Shown one piece after another: positions 11,201-19,346 of a stretch of 64,000 nt of DNA (within the stretch, counting starts at the first letter, position 1; each line of letters begins with the position of its first letter). The notes under the pieces were generated by a model. It was not told the DNA's origin, did no database searches, and was given only the letters and a program-made list of their open reading frames with translations. The translations under genes and the position numbers were made by a program. Source of the DNA: Candidatus Eiseniibacteriota bacterium (GTDB lineage Bacteria > Eisenbacteria > RBG-16-71-46 > JABDJR01). The stretch lies in contig CAWANH010000028.1 in the NCBI GenBank assembly GCA_963783375.1, positions 160,001 to 224,000 on the forward strand. The letters run 5' to 3'.

Positions 11201-14200
11201 GTCGGGCATCACCGGCGTCGGCACGATGGCCCACGCCGTGGTGTCCGACGGGCTGTTCCCCGCGACCTTCCGGTACCAGAGCTCCACGCGTTCGATGGTC
11301 TGGCTGTCCTCGGCGGTGACCAGCATGTAGAGCGTGGTCGGCTCGAGGCAGAACGGGTTGGTCGTGCCGCGCAGCACCGTGTTGGCGTTGAGGGTATCGC
11401 CCTCGGCGGTCACGATGTACACGATGTCGGTCTCGGGACCGGTGTTCTCGCCGAGCACCACGCACGCCTTGCACGCGTTGGGCTCGTCGTCGAAGTTCCC
11501 GTTGCTGTCGTAGGCGACGGCCTTGAAGTTCGTCTGGGTGTCGGTGACGAACGGGATTTCCCCGTAGGGGAACACGCCGGTCCAGTCGGGACCGATGTTG
11601 TCCACCGCGAAGGACGTCCAGTTGTAGCCGCCGTCGGTGCTGTAGAAGAACTTCACGTAGGAGACGTCGCCGGACTCGCTGCCCGGGACCGCGGTGGCCA
11701 CGAAGGTCAGCGAATCCTGGGGAGCCACGTAGGGGCACTCGGGGCTGTAGGAGAGCGGGATCACCGCTCCGCCCGCCGCCGGAATGTACCCGGTCACGCA
11801 GAACTGGGGAGCGTTGACGTCGAAGCAGCACTCCTCGGTCCAGATGACGTCATCCGGCCCGCCCAGCCCGTCGTGGTCGACGTTCCCGAACTCGTCGGTG
11901 GCCACCGCGCGAACCGCGTAGCACCCGTTGAGGCCGGTCACGTCCCAGTTGGTCGACCAGACGTCGACGTTGTTGTCGCCGGATCCGTTGAGGCGGTTGT
12001 CCAGCATGATCCAGTCGGCGGCGTCGAGGCCGTCATCCTCGGTGTCCGCGTAGTACTCATGAGCGGCGAACGCGGTCAGGGTCGCTCCGGTCGCCGGAAC
12101 GATGCCTCCCGCCTCGAACCCGGAAACCGGGGTCTGCCCGCTGTAGGTCGCAGCGCCGGTCTGGTAGATCGGGTCCACCGGGTTGTACCCGTCTCCGTCC
12201 ACGTCGTAGTAGCGGTAGCCGCTCAGGTCGCCGTAGACGGCTCCCGGCAGATCCTCCACGTGGGCGGTACCGGCCCGCAGGACCACATCGCCCTTGGGAT
12301 CGTTCTGGATGCCGATCGTCGTCCAGCTCGCGGCGGGGAGGGGTTTCCCGTCCCCATCGATGTCCGCGGTGTACTGGAACTCGACCCGCTTCACCGCGGT
12401 GTCGTGGATGTACACGTTCGCGAAGAGGGTCTTGAGCGACGGCGTGTCGCCGTCCACGCACGGCTGGACGTAGGCGCGGAGCGCGATGTCGTCCACCGTG
12501 GCGGTGGCCACGCAGGTCATGTTGGCGTTCTGGTTGCCCTCGATGTCGTAGGCCACGGCCCGGAGGTCGTAGGACCCGACCGGAAGCCCATGGGTGTCCC
12601 ACGTGACGGTGGCCACCAGGGTGTCGCCGGTGGTGTGGATGATCGGGTGCTTGATCCCGGTCACGTCCACCAGGACGTCCGGAATGCCGTCACCCGAGGT
12701 ATCCACCGGAACCCCGGTCAGCGACGGAATCAGCTGCCAGGTTCCCGACCCGACCGGACGCATCTGGAACTCGATCCGCACCACGTCGTTGGTGGTGGAA
12801 TCGCCGTCACCGTCGGAGAAGCAGGCGGAAAGGTCCACCGCGCTCTCGACCGGCACGAAGGCGCCGTCCATCGGGTTGTAGTCGCTGCCGATCTGGCAGA
12901 GGCACGACCAGGGGGCCGTGCAGTCCGTGATGATCAGCTGCAGTTCGTAGCAGGACGTGTCCGGAACGTCGGGCGCCGTGAACAGGCTGTCGCAGAGCGC
13001 CTGGGGCTCGATGTTGCCGAACTTGTCCGTGGCGATGGTCCGGAAGTAGACCGTGTCCTGGCGGGCCGGCGGGTTGTTCCCGAGCGGAGCCTCGGAGTAG
13101 GACCACGGCAGGGTGAACGGCGCGCTGTAGTCGCTTCCGATCGTGGACCAGGCCGAGCCGTCCCACATCTGGAAGTCGACGTGATCCACGTCGTTCAGGT
13201 CGCCCGAAACGAGGTCCGCCTCGAGCGTGTACTCCTTCGGTTCGCCGTTGGTGTTGACGTCGCAGACCTGGATTCCGTTGGTCGGGTCCCCGTCCTTGTC
13301 CATCACGTCGTCGAACGGAGGCGGGGGAATCGACACGATCGGTCCGGTGCTGTCGATCTCGAAGCGCAGCGGGACCGCCCAGTTGGCGTTCCCCTGATGC
13401 GCCCAGTCGTAGGCGACCGCACGCACACGGTACTCGGTGCCGTCGGCCAGGTCGTACAGGCTCTTCAGAACCTTCATGTTGAGGTTCCGGCCGTTCTGAA
13501 CCCGGTAGTTGAAGGCGAAGGCCGTACCGTCGTAGTTGGTCGGCACCCACGGCGACAGGCCGTCGGTGTTGAACTGGTGCTGGGCGGAGATGATGTTGGG
13601 CCCGCCCAGGGCCAGGATCGGAGCCGCGAAGGTGTCCGCGCCCGCGGTGGCCGAACCGAAGACGTCCGGCTTGCCGGGGACCGCGTCACCCGAGGCCAGG
13701 GGACCGAAGTTCGCCGGGGCCTTCCCGTTGTTGGGGCGGCTTCCGCCGACGGTGCGGTCGTAGTTGGCGATGTTGTCGGGATCGTTGAATCCCTTCACCA
13801 GGATGTAGGTGTACGCCGGATTGGAGATCACCTGGCCCGCGGCGACGGTGATCCGGACGGCGCTCCCGTCCATGATCCCGTCTTCGTCGTCGTCGTTGGC
13901 GTAGGTGTAGTTCTCGACTTCCTCGGCGTTGTCCACCACCCCGTCGCCGTCGTCGTCGATCCCGTTGGAGGTCGACTCGTCGACGTTGAACCAGATGTAC
14001 TGTCCGTTGATCGGGTTCAGCCGGAAGAACGCGTCACCATCGTTGTCGATGTGATCGGCCTTCCGGAGGGTGGTGTCCATGGCGGCGGCGACCTGGACGT
14101 CCAGGGTGTCGATCCCGCCGTCGTTGTCGTCGTCGTACTCGGCGATGCCGGGCATCCCGTCGCCGTTGGCGTCGCCCGCCGGATCCAACGTCAGCCACGT

Positions 14201-17200
14201 GTAGGTGTCGAGATCGTTGGTGTCCGAGGCGATCTGGAGCCCGACGAAGATCACGTCGTCGTCGCTCAGGGTGGAGTCGGCCAGGTTGAAGAACGAGCCG
14301 ACGTCGCCCGCGGCGAGCTTGTAGACGTGGTCACCGGGCTCGATGATGTTCGCGGCCGCACCGCCGGTGGCGGTGGTCCAGTCCGCTTTCCGCTCCAGAT
14401 AGGAGATCTCGGAAACGGTCGGAGCCTGACTGTCCTCGACTCCCAGGAACCCGTCGTCGTTCACGATCCGGTGCTCGAGGCTGTACGAGGGGCAGTGAGC
14501 TCCGAGCTGGCTCACGAAGTTCGCGCCCTTCCCGCCCGACAGGGCGTTCATGTACGCGGTGAAGGTGGCGTTGTCGCCGTAGACCGAGTTGTCGGCCGCG
14601 TTGCTGCGGACGGCGTTGTCCTCGAAGTGGAGGATGGCCGGCACGTCTTCCAGCACCGCGAAGTTGGTCAGACCGTTCGGGTCGGCGACCAGGTCCGCCG
14701 TCTTGAGCTGGTACTTGAAGTAGTACCAACCGGCCTCGTCCGTATCGTTGGCGTCCAGATTCTGGTCGCCGGCGTCGTACAGGTGCGCGTGGTAGCCGGT
14801 GAGGTTCAGGTCGACGAAGGTCTCACCAGGGGTGTAGACGCCGTCGCCGTTCTCGTCCACGTACGGCTCGGGGAAGTCCATGCGGCCGTTCGCGGTGAAA
14901 GCCGGGAAGTTTCCGGCTCCAGGCTGGGCCACGTCCACCCAGTCATGGTCGTCGTCCACCAGGTTGGCACCCAGGGAGGTGATGAGGATGGAGTCCCCGC
15001 CTGCGGTGGTGACGTACTGGGACAGGTCGGCGTAGCCGTAGAGGAGGTTGTTGATCGCGGTCGCCGTGGTGACGGCCGCGTTGTCGTTGTCCAGGGAGTC
15101 GGCCGGATCGAAGAAGCGCGCCTTCACCCGGAGGGTGTCGTCCCCCGAATAGATCATGGACGCGTTCAAGGGATCGAAGGCCGTATCCAGGGTGGGGTTG
15201 AAGTTGTCGTTGAGGATCCGCGTCATCCCGGCGGATTCCTGCTCGGTGTTACCCACGACCTGGACGCTCACGAAGTAGAGCATGCTGTGCGCCGTGTTCT
15301 CCGGCGCGAGCTCGATCGGCCCGAAGGCCCCGTCCATCCCGAGGGTGTGGTCCACAACACCGGAACCCAGGAGGATGGTCCTCCCGGCGTCCGCATAGAC
15401 CCGCACGAAATTCGCGTTGGGCGGAGCGGAACCGGAGTCACCGCAGGCGTAGTGGACGCCCGGGGTGAGCTCGGCGTGATCCAATCCGAAGATGTGGATC
15501 ATGTCGTCGTCGAGGCCCTCCACGAAATCACGCGGGGCCGGGAGCCCCACGATGATGTTGCCGAGGGACTGGATGTCGGAGACGTTCCCCTCCGCGTCCA
15601 CGGTGACCGCGGCGATGTAGAGCGAGCTGCCGATGGACAGCGTATCGCCCTGGGTGTCCATGTCTCCGGGACCGGCCGGGAACACCGCCACCAGGTTCGG
15701 ATTGGGCTCACCCGGGTTGGGAAGCGCGATCGGCGTGTAGCGACCGGCGTTCAGGTTGTTCTGAACGTAGGAATCCTGGATCCCGTTGTTCTTCCGGGTG
15801 AAGAGAAGGGCGTAGGCCCGATCTTCCTGGCCGTCCAGGTGGAAGTGGTCGAAGAGCGTGTCGTCGTCCACCGAGGCGAAGTCGAAGTAGATGTTCGCCT
15901 GCGAGGGCGGATTGGCGTCCCGGATCCACGCGAAGGACGAGTCCGGGGAGGCGTTCACCCCGTCACCGGTGGACAGGGGGGTGCCGCTCAGGTACACGCG
16001 AGCGCCCTGCGTCCAGTTCCAGTGGGGCGAGTTGGTGTTCCCGATGTTCGCCGTGTTGGGCGAAACCGGGGACCAGCTCACGTGCTGGTTGGTGACGTCG
16101 AGACCGTAGGAGCCAAAGGCCGTGCTGTCCGGGGCCGCGGTGAGCGGCACGTCGAACCAGACGGTGAAGAAGTCCAGGCCGAGGGGAGCGCCGCCATCGT
16201 GGTAGTTGGTCATCACGATGATCGGCGAGGCCTCTACGGTAACCGCCGGGCCGGAAAGCGCCTGGAGGTCCTGGTAGTCGAGCACCTTGGTGGGATCGGC
16301 GATCGTGATCGTCGAGTCCACCGGGTTGGCGCTGAGGCCGGTGAGCACCAGCACGTTGTCGCCGTCGTCCGACGAGATGGCGCCGTAGGTGATGCCGCCG
16401 CCGATCGTGAAGACCCCGGTGTCCAGAGGGGCAAGGACGCCGATCTGGATGTCGTCGTCGAAGACCAGGGTCAGACGCCCGAGGCTGGCGCTGTAGCCGG
16501 CCCGAAGGAGGTGCGGGCCGAGGTTGTCGGTGAACGCCCAGCGCGGCGACATGTTCGGCTGCGCGGGAGTGTTCTGGCCGGCCGCGACGTTGTCACGGAT
16601 CCCCGTGAACACCCCGTTGCCGAACAGCTTGACCTTGGTGATGCCCGAGCGAATCTTGAGCTGGGCCAGGTTGTCCGTGAAGTTGACGTCCACGTACCGG
16701 TTGTTGGCCGCCCAGGTGATCGTGGGATTGGCGCCCGCGGTACCCAGTTCGGGGAAGGTGAAGGCGTTCCGGGCGTTTCCGCCGGTCGCCACCGCGCCCG
16801 CGGTGATCATGTGGGTGAAGTAGACCCGCAACACGTCGGAGGTGTTGCTGCCCAGGCCGGCCGCGGCACCGCCCGCCTGGACCTCGACCCGCGTGATCGC
16901 GGGACCGGTCTTGACCGGGATCCGCGAGGCGTCGTCGAGTTCGTTGCCGAGGTAGGGTGGGATCCGCCGGGGGTTCCGGAGCGCAACCGAGTCGGTGACC
17001 GCGCTCAAAGCCGTGAACCCCGAAGCCGGGAACCCGGTCACCTGCAGTACGTTCGTGTACTTGCCGGTGGTGGGGGCCACGGAGTTCGCCTGGTGATAGG
17101 CGAAGCTCAGACCGCTCTTCAGCGTGTCCGCCCCGCCCGTGCGGTAGAACACCAGGTCGTCGGACTGGAAGGTTGCGGGGTCCACCTCCTTGTCGAAGAC

Positions 17201-17425
17201 CAGCCAGAGCGCGGCGTTGGCCGGCCCGGTCCCAGGCCAGTAAACCGCGTCCACGAGCGCCGGTCCCTCCGACTTCGGCATGCCGTTGGGCTGCTTGGTC
17301 GGCGTGAACGCACCCAGCTTATCGATCGGCGGAACCGGCGCGGCGCCGGTCAGCGTCGCGATACCGATCGCAACCACCGCCGCCACCATGGCCAAAGCCA
17401 CCGTGTACCTTCTCCTCCAGTCCAT
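2231..17425 (-). CDS. Giant (~5064 aa) secreted surface protein: many Ig-like repeats, Asp-rich Ca-binding motifs, C-terminal FlgD-Ig/T9SS-CTD-like domain
   Basis: Start MDWRRRY with AAGGAGG RBS and a signal peptide (alternative GTG ~17536). Recurrent Ig-strand motif YxxRAxAxDxxGN..D(T)TxP; DxDxDG motifs; MYDDGTNGDQVAGDGVYT (choice-of-anchor X-like). C-terminus VVPNPFNP..VEVTAYDWAG..WGGQTEDGRDLSNGVYLIRI. Confidence 0.9.
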   Translation of the reverse strand: MDWRRRYTVALAMVAAVVAIGIATLTGAAPVPPIDKLGAFTPTKQPNGMPKSEGPALVDAVYWPGTGPANAALWLVFDKEVDPATFQSDDLVFYRTGGADTLKSGLSFAYHQANSVAPTTGKYTNVLQVTGFPASGFTALSAVTDSVALRNPRRIPPYLGNELDDASRIPVKTGPAITRVEVQAGGAAAGLGSNTSDVLRVYFTHMITAGAVATGGNARNAFTFPELGTAGANPTITWAANNRYVDVNFTDNLAQLKIRSGITKVKLFGNGVFTGIRDNVAAGQNTPAQPNMSPRWAFTDNLGPHLLRAGYSASLGRLTLVFDDDIQIGVLAPLDTGVFTIGGGITYGAISSDDGDNVLVLTGLSANPVDSTITIADPTKVLDYQDLQALSGPAVTVEASPIIVMTNYHDGGAPLGLDFFTVWFDVPLTAAPDSTAFGSYGLDVTNQHVSWSPVSPNTANIGNTNSPHWNWTQGARVYLSGTPLSTGDGVNASPDSSFAWIRDANPPSQANIYFDFASVDDDTLFDHFHLDGQEDRAYALLFTRKNNGIQDSYVQNNLNAGRYTPIALPNPGEPNPNLVAVFPAGPGDMDTQGDTLSIGSSLYIAAVTVDAEGNVSDIQSLGNIIVGLPAPRDFVEGLDDDMIHIFGLDHAELTPGVHYACGDSGSAPPNANFVRVYADAGRTILLGSGVVDHTLGMDGAFGPIELAPENTAHSMLYFVSVQVVGNTEQESAGMTRILNDNFNPTLDTAFDPLNASMIYSGDDTLRVKARFFDPADSLDNDNAAVTTATAINNLLYGYADLSQYVTTAGGDSILITSLGANLVDDDHDWVDVAQPGAGNFPAFTANGRMDFPEPYVDENGDGVYTPGETFVDLNLTGYHAHLYDAGDQNLDANDTDEAGWYYFKYQLKTADLVADPNGLTNFAVLEDVPAILHFEDNAVRSNAADNSVYGDNATFTAYMNALSGGKGANFVSQLGAHCPSYSLEHRIVNDDGFLGVEDSQAPTVSEISYLERKADWTTATGGAAANIIEPGDHVYKLAAGDVGSFFNLADSTLSDDDVIFVGLQIASDTNDLDTYTWLTLDPAGDANGDGMPGIAEYDDDNDGGIDTLDVQVAAAMDTTLRKADHIDNDGDAFFRLNPINGQYIWFNVDESTSNGIDDDGDGVVDNAEEVENYTYANDDDEDGIMDGSAVRITVAAGQVISNPAYTYILVKGFNDPDNIANYDRTVGGSRPNNGKAPANFGPLASGDAVPGKPDVFGSATAGADTFAAPILALGGPNIISAQHQFNTDGLSPWVPTNYDGTAFAFNYRVQNGRNLNMKVLKSLYDLADGTEYRVRAVAYDWAHQGNANWAVPLRFEIDSTGPIVSIPPPPFDDVMDKDGDPTNGIQVCDVNTNGEPKEYTLEADLVSGDLNDVDHVDFQMWDGSAWSTIGSDYSAPFTLPWSYSEAPLGNNPPARQDTVYFRTIATDKFGNIEPQALCDSLFTAPDVPDTSCYELQLIITDCTAPWSCLCQIGSDYNPMDGAFVPVESAVDLSACFSDGDGDSTTNDVVRIEFQMRPVGSGTWQLIPSLTGVPVDTSGDGIPDVLVDVTGIKHPIIHTTGDTLVATVTWDTHGLPVGSYDLRAVAYDIEGNQNANMTCVATATVDDIALRAYVQPCVDGDTPSLKTLFANVYIHDTAVKRVEFQYTADIDGDGKPLPAASWTTIGIQNDPKGDVVLRAGTAHVEDLPGAVYGDLSGYRYYDVDGDGYNPVDPIYQTGAATYSGQTPVSGFEAGGIVPATGATLTAFAAHEYYADTEDDGLDAADWIMLDNRLNGSGDNNVDVWSTNWDVTGLNGCYAVRAVATDEFGNVDHDGLGGPDDVIWTEECCFDVNAPQFCVTGYIPAAGGAVIPLSYSPECPYVAPQDSLTFVATAVPGSESGDVSYVKFFYSTDGGYNWTSFAVDNIGPDWTGVFPYGEIPFVTDTQTNFKAVAYDSNGNFDDEPNACKACVVLGENTGPETDIVYIVTAEGDTLNANTVLRGTTNPFCLEPTTLYMLVTAEDSQTIERVELWYRKVAGNSPSDTTAWAIVPTPVMPDTTYPYEFTWDVSGLSDGVYQFFPRGYDINGNATPIFKNPYWFSLNSQTAHITSVSKNGIEVSSLTPGEEVVLRAELDDPNDNTGIAVNFYYAERVVGEMLSVSNAYPYTATADYSIWAHGATGQHGSETVWVNGTAAQWYSTADFAALTPGDKMAYTITGAGELEFGGPMAADDVVKLDYNITDCTLIASGDSVSPYSVAWDADSGGLVPVPNYSATTHYDLMASVYRTYNGYTPCGEDCVTEGFARPINDTAAPIFSVWGLDYRNDDLPGNPLCESVGGNDLVGDVGSSKSKLSGIEEQFFVTPSRLIDAGQAAGVTDAAIAFDDGSDWDSVTMRVGQGAAVNFTKLTGDTSITMPITLYIDDLADVAANGFSTKAVNPDSVENVTISVPGISVTNATMYDDGTNGDQVAGDGVYTYMATLPLDGTYAYTFSVDLYGDDQITNFADPRHSLSAISVPAELWYYSTTDPGALFGVNTLNAVTVTVADTSGNSSTNLMSGNGFGGALGQIWVTYDPTPEKVKSIWFSKTTVAPGSQLQVNVEAPDTGTPTADVIKLTSMIVQVSMDDLGTRWRTIYRDDVNQDSGPVFLNYDGGWGGTFTLPSWMNPLTDGIDNNRDGVTDDAAEAVYTYQVRAVTVDDCYNTGYSCSHPRAQTPPVCSEITVDAAVPQACLSWPQDGYIVALGDTIQMSATSSDTDIDYVQFEYSLNGGSSWNTIDCTPLNSDDPTWDADGSDGWSCTWDTSFLGQLLGSDFYVTLRARAVDMAGNDQGDDPLLACNRNIIVNDQTGPLSAITRFYSPCFPEDPQFDGNFKKPFDPTLALSHTVEVWGRATGWNSKDVATVVLQMAPEVDGAPGAWTTIGVDNALQTGPAPIQAIWSVDWDTDPVAEGTYYLRSYATDADGNVQGDTSDPRDGTPDDLPVVKVVVDHTAPDFMLTMVGPETLSGQDGDQDMPADPPVIRADLADKETGICPDLSREITFLAAATDVAGDTEAIDSMSLEFYDDVTNPENGVWRSLSGAQLLDGFEYRDAQGNDLNPDGKWQLTVDSVDALMSAMQSAAGSNLPSKVYRFRVRATDYACNTNEASPGVWLRLDAWDPEPLWIYAGNRQFEAGGGAEGNTVHVAGGDVVPLAASINDGLWFSYPSGEWPLNQDIKNQSSDHLVVQFSYRVGGGDSHVIGLGTLDDNNTPDGADDLWKIDWTTPTNLPGSTDSLYTIDVAVRDFAGNCGGDFAEDVVSVQDVTPPDDTQLEAVVSGDECSTYPLTPIVFGGQSVDGYGIDETVLAQSPNGAKTVGVVARTVELAAATPQGDASMDGGRVIFEGQWVTGAGQPAADAWIPIGDGECEYRCPDGLVLVPKPGVTDAASHQGPVWTISWDTKLLGADGKPVWYDPAVDGTEVWVRARAVDAWGNAESGEIAYYRLQVDNTAPTMTSVLANGQATSSVERNSKDGVLIEAKGGSTTDFVDNDLVVTFFYKLHSDLNADGSWIQLPGTAGIAPTNDNPDQTRPYAFHWDTNGYRDPDGKPLSPGMTYDISVAVSDLVCNSTSVVAHSELTGGEAQLTVADTQPPVATIVGLDRDLSGAACTTGEASFVENPDTLRINGVNQVWARILDGSTDTQDVKFWYRQVKPTTGAWEMADADVDMKDLDNIQTWVLYNWNTAGLVSGATYQMVAEAKDDAGNFMNHTTNTLPAIYIVVDRTGPTFTGIRPIAGNVIVPENVAGEGTVCDPDQRVADLIAQTADKDVDYKNSWNNCVTWEWKYSADEDVDSNWHSFQAMTMYDGFKTRYSSTADVLDLFGYNAYLVDWRIVASDVAGNTKTSIVAARTIVDNVDPDLEITHFHIVGHDPNGHETTIDPIDNNQITDVSAGDQILVYATADDDEPNIPGAGVNDSTGVAEVQFFVRPMVVTKGVTETPGQSYGAWQFLGTAGYDDALGLWGVRWNTTGLSEGQYEVKAQATDDAANCGDSHNIVTVTVRNVAVPLAQVSAFNPHLKGAISKSTIDRVYGLTFGEKEAATVFFQYRLAGVDGEPWTTIGTSTFTDVTLDMVARGEWLMPQDLWYAEFVTSNLDDTKQYELRAVAADAIPAKPGDATLMGLVPGQGGIKPLSGDTNVFGGLYDLQNTPTLTVQPMKDVFGRTYLEPVDMQLGYITDDPMVYVTGNIRQTGRVEVHTGFGWVAPFVAIVGEDGAGNIAEALPEMDPKTDDAQTWVGQMFKTSDFLSKLDPTRGAVLDVYATAHKQRTSSDTHAPYTDMKMNSIIFHQVTPNRGSNGIAGVNGNGANDAFAVEVPASAYSHDYGLLIKPTDMPTTPPWQDRYIDTIGQAYRTSLHTSTWEVTDGVNAHAGYEATLWVTVASNLLHHADGSAINPMKLTVRRWDGHAWDGKNITNVVVTPNVSGEDTTSYTIRFKSKQISPAIWAVVATDKAAPVEISASPAWSGYTDQDPILRGILRSPGSGIDSGSFEFYLDGKLVYSSYEDWFLYPGSEFDWEYASQDDQTVGWEYRHTCDNNDALKEGPHTAKIVFKDDQGNTVGDDYTFDFNVDRTAPYIEFHGGFVGSPLLKFAAGYTNLDQNILTVKMYDGGSGLLFREDRIDDYTSNGSDYCEQENAEELCEVYGAYGMDCDEILPGDGGFKYDVWVIDDCQTCGTGSQSDIDNIEERTLIYTGTADALAPYITPSLDTYQPGDTLSVPLAVLTGGHRIHDGAVLEIVLYSDRLIMQGGEPTISAELQAALDKMAAFGPIKFDAAGQEYVVYTRGVMDNVFNAGSRYVEQRFLVDLTAPTVVPSSPGVVCGGGEPGTPVIQSTSYTFTASFVDGGSGVQTDPAPTVKVTAPDGSTPTVEEMNIDSSGISFKITNGGNLLMTGTYVVTISGQDKLGNKFSSTCSFQIGGNVVQVLGAKVVPNPFNPMTGTDAQIMFNLNKPADVEVTAYDWAGDYVATIFKGTKGIGPVNIAWGGQTEDGRDLSNGVYLIRIVVNDGSRQEPRVLKLAIWNEK

Positions 17426-17917
17426 TCCAGCACCCTCCTTGTTGGACACCTCTCCTCCGTCGTCCAGCCTCTTCCGTCTCCCCGAACCGAGAAGACCTCG
17501 TTTCCTGTTTGAACTCGGTGAATTCGTCGGTTTCACTTGCACCTCCCTGCGGCTGAACGGAGGACGTGACGCAAACATCTCTCGAAAACCCTCGCCTCGT
17601 CGCGTGACAAGCCGTCTGTTACTGCCAAAAACACACAAAGGGATCTACGCATAGCTCTCAGTCCCATCGTCTGGCGCTGTCCGTCCAAGCCAGCCGTCCA
17701 CGATGCCGAAAGTAACGCAGATCCCTGTTAGCCGAGGTGAAACTGCAGTTGTCGCTTACTTCGGTCGTTTCGCGTGAGTGCCGTTACCTTCCGCCCTCAT
17801 GCAACGAAGTGGAAAAGCGAGTGCGCCTTTCCTCGTCGCAGGTGCCGGCCTGACTTCACCTCCTGTAAATCGAGTGACTCCAAAGAGTATTCGTTCCGCT
17901 ACCGGAACACGTGTCGG

Positions 17918-17948
17918 AGAATAAGGCAGCCCCCCGCAGTTGTGTCAA
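17918..17948 (-). promoter_or_regulatory. Putative sigma70 promoter for the giant gene
   Basis: TTGACA-N19-TATTCT on the minus strand; spacer is longer than optimal. Confidence 0.4.
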
Positions 17949-17994
17949 CACAAAAGGCTCCAAGCCGCCGACCGGTTCGGTCGGGTTTGGAGTC
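17947..17994 (-). terminator. Intrinsic terminator-like hairpin inside the long intergenic region
   Basis: GACTCCAAACCCGACCG-AAC-CGGTCGGCGGCTTGGAGCC followed by TTTTGTGTT. Confidence 0.6.
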
Positions 17995-18275
17995 ATCACA
18001 GGCTGGACCTCGCCCAGGCGCCCACAGGGCACACTACGGCCGAGGTGATGGGGTCCGGAGACCTAAGCACAGCCCTCCCTTGTGCAGACAATACGGTTTC
18101 CCCCCCAGGGGAAGAATCTTCCGATTCAGGGTGCCTCTCCTCATCACGACATAGTTCGCGGCTTCGAACTGCATCGTGAGCCTACGTGATCGGCATCCGA
18201 ACCTGGAACTTGAGCCCGACCCTGGGGAGCCGTCAAGGGGGAAAATGAAAAAAACCCAAACCTTGGAGAGCGGGG

Positions 18276-19346
18276 TCAGACGCTGAAACGAATGTTCAGG
18301 ATGTCGCCGTCCTTGACCGCGTACTCCTTGCCCTCCACCGTCAGCTGGTGCCGGGCCTTGGCCTCCGCCACCCCCCCCGCAGCCAGAAGATCTTCCGCAG
18401 CAACGACTTCCGCGCGGATAAACCCTCGCTCCAGGTCGCTGTGGATCTTCCCCGCCGCCGCCTGGGCCCGGGTCCCCCGGGTGATGTTCCAGGCCCGCAC
18501 CTCATCCTCGCCCACGGTGAAGAACGAACAGAGGCCCAAAAGCTCGTAACTCTTTCGGATGACTTGATCGAGCCCCGATTCGGCGATGCCGAGAAGCTCC
18601 ATGAACTCCCGGGCCTCGGCCGGGCCGAGTTCCGCGATTTCCATCTCCGCCTTGCCGCAGATCTCCAGGACCGCCGTCCCCGGACGGGCCTCGACGCTTT
18701 CCGCCAGGCCCGCGCCTCCGGCCCGATCGTCTCCCACGTTGAACACGATGAGCAGCGGCTTGGCGGTGAGAAGCTGATAGCCCCGCAACAGGCGGTTCGC
18801 TTCGGCGTCCAGTTCCAGCTCGCGGAGGGGCGTCCCCTCCTCGAGCGCGGCCAGACAACGCTCGAGCACCGGAAGCTCGTCGGCATCCTGCTTCGCGCCG
18901 ACCTGCTTGGCCTTGCGCACCCGCTCCAGCCTGCCTTCCAATACCGCCATGTCCTTGAGCGCCAGCTCGTCCAGGAACCCGGTCAGGTCGCGGAGCGGAT
19001 CCACCGAATCCCGGGGGTGCGGCACCGCCGGATCCTCGAACGCGCGCACCACCAGCAGGATGAGATCGGAGCTGGTGATCTGCTGGGGGAGCAGCGCCCC
19101 GTCCTTGTCCCGCCCCGAACCCGGCGCCCCGGCCAGGTCCACGAATTCAATACGGGCCGGGGTGAACTTCTTGGGTTTGAACATATCCCGGAGGGCCTCG
19201 AGGCGCGCGTCCGGGACCTCCACGGTCCCCACGTTGATCCCGCCGGCGGCCGAGGCGTAGGCCCCGGTGGCCGCGTGGGCTCGCGCGAGAACATTGAACA
19301 GGGTGGTCTTTCCGCTCTGGGGATAGCCGAGAATGCCGGTCCGCAA
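18276..19346 (-). CDS. ychF: YchF ribosome-binding ATPase (Obg family)
   Basis: GYPQSGKTTLFN, VEVPDARL, FFTVGEDEVRAW, AAGKIHSDLERGFIRAEV. Confidence 0.93.
   Translation of the reverse strand: MRTGILGYPQSGKTTLFNVLARAHAATGAYASAAGGINVGTVEVPDARLEALRDMFKPKKFTPARIEFVDLAGAPGSGRDKDGALLPQQITSSDLILLVVRAFEDPAVPHPRDSVDPLRDLTGFLDELALKDMAVLEGRLERVRKAKQVGAKQDADELPVLERCLAALEEGTPLRELELDAEANRLLRGYQLLTAKPLLIVFNVGDDRAGGAGLAESVEARPGTAVLEICGKAEMEIAELGPAEAREFMELLGIAESGLDQVIRKSYELLGLCSFFTVGEDEVRAWNITRGTRAQAAAGKIHSDLERGFIRAEVVAAEDLLAAGGVAEAKARHQLTVEGKEYAVKDGDILNIRFSV

Noticed and set aside
710-17512. 5600-aa plus-strand ORF
   Set aside because: Exact antisense shadow of two same-frame minus-strand genes that avoid TTA/CTA/TCA codons; V/R/G/H-rich with no motifs.
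17990-18200. c-di-GMP-I/II, ydaO riboswitch or 6S RNA identity for the leader
   Set aside because: Only fragments resemble them (CTGAATC..GGGGGAAACC); the diagnostic downstream motifs were not found by eye.
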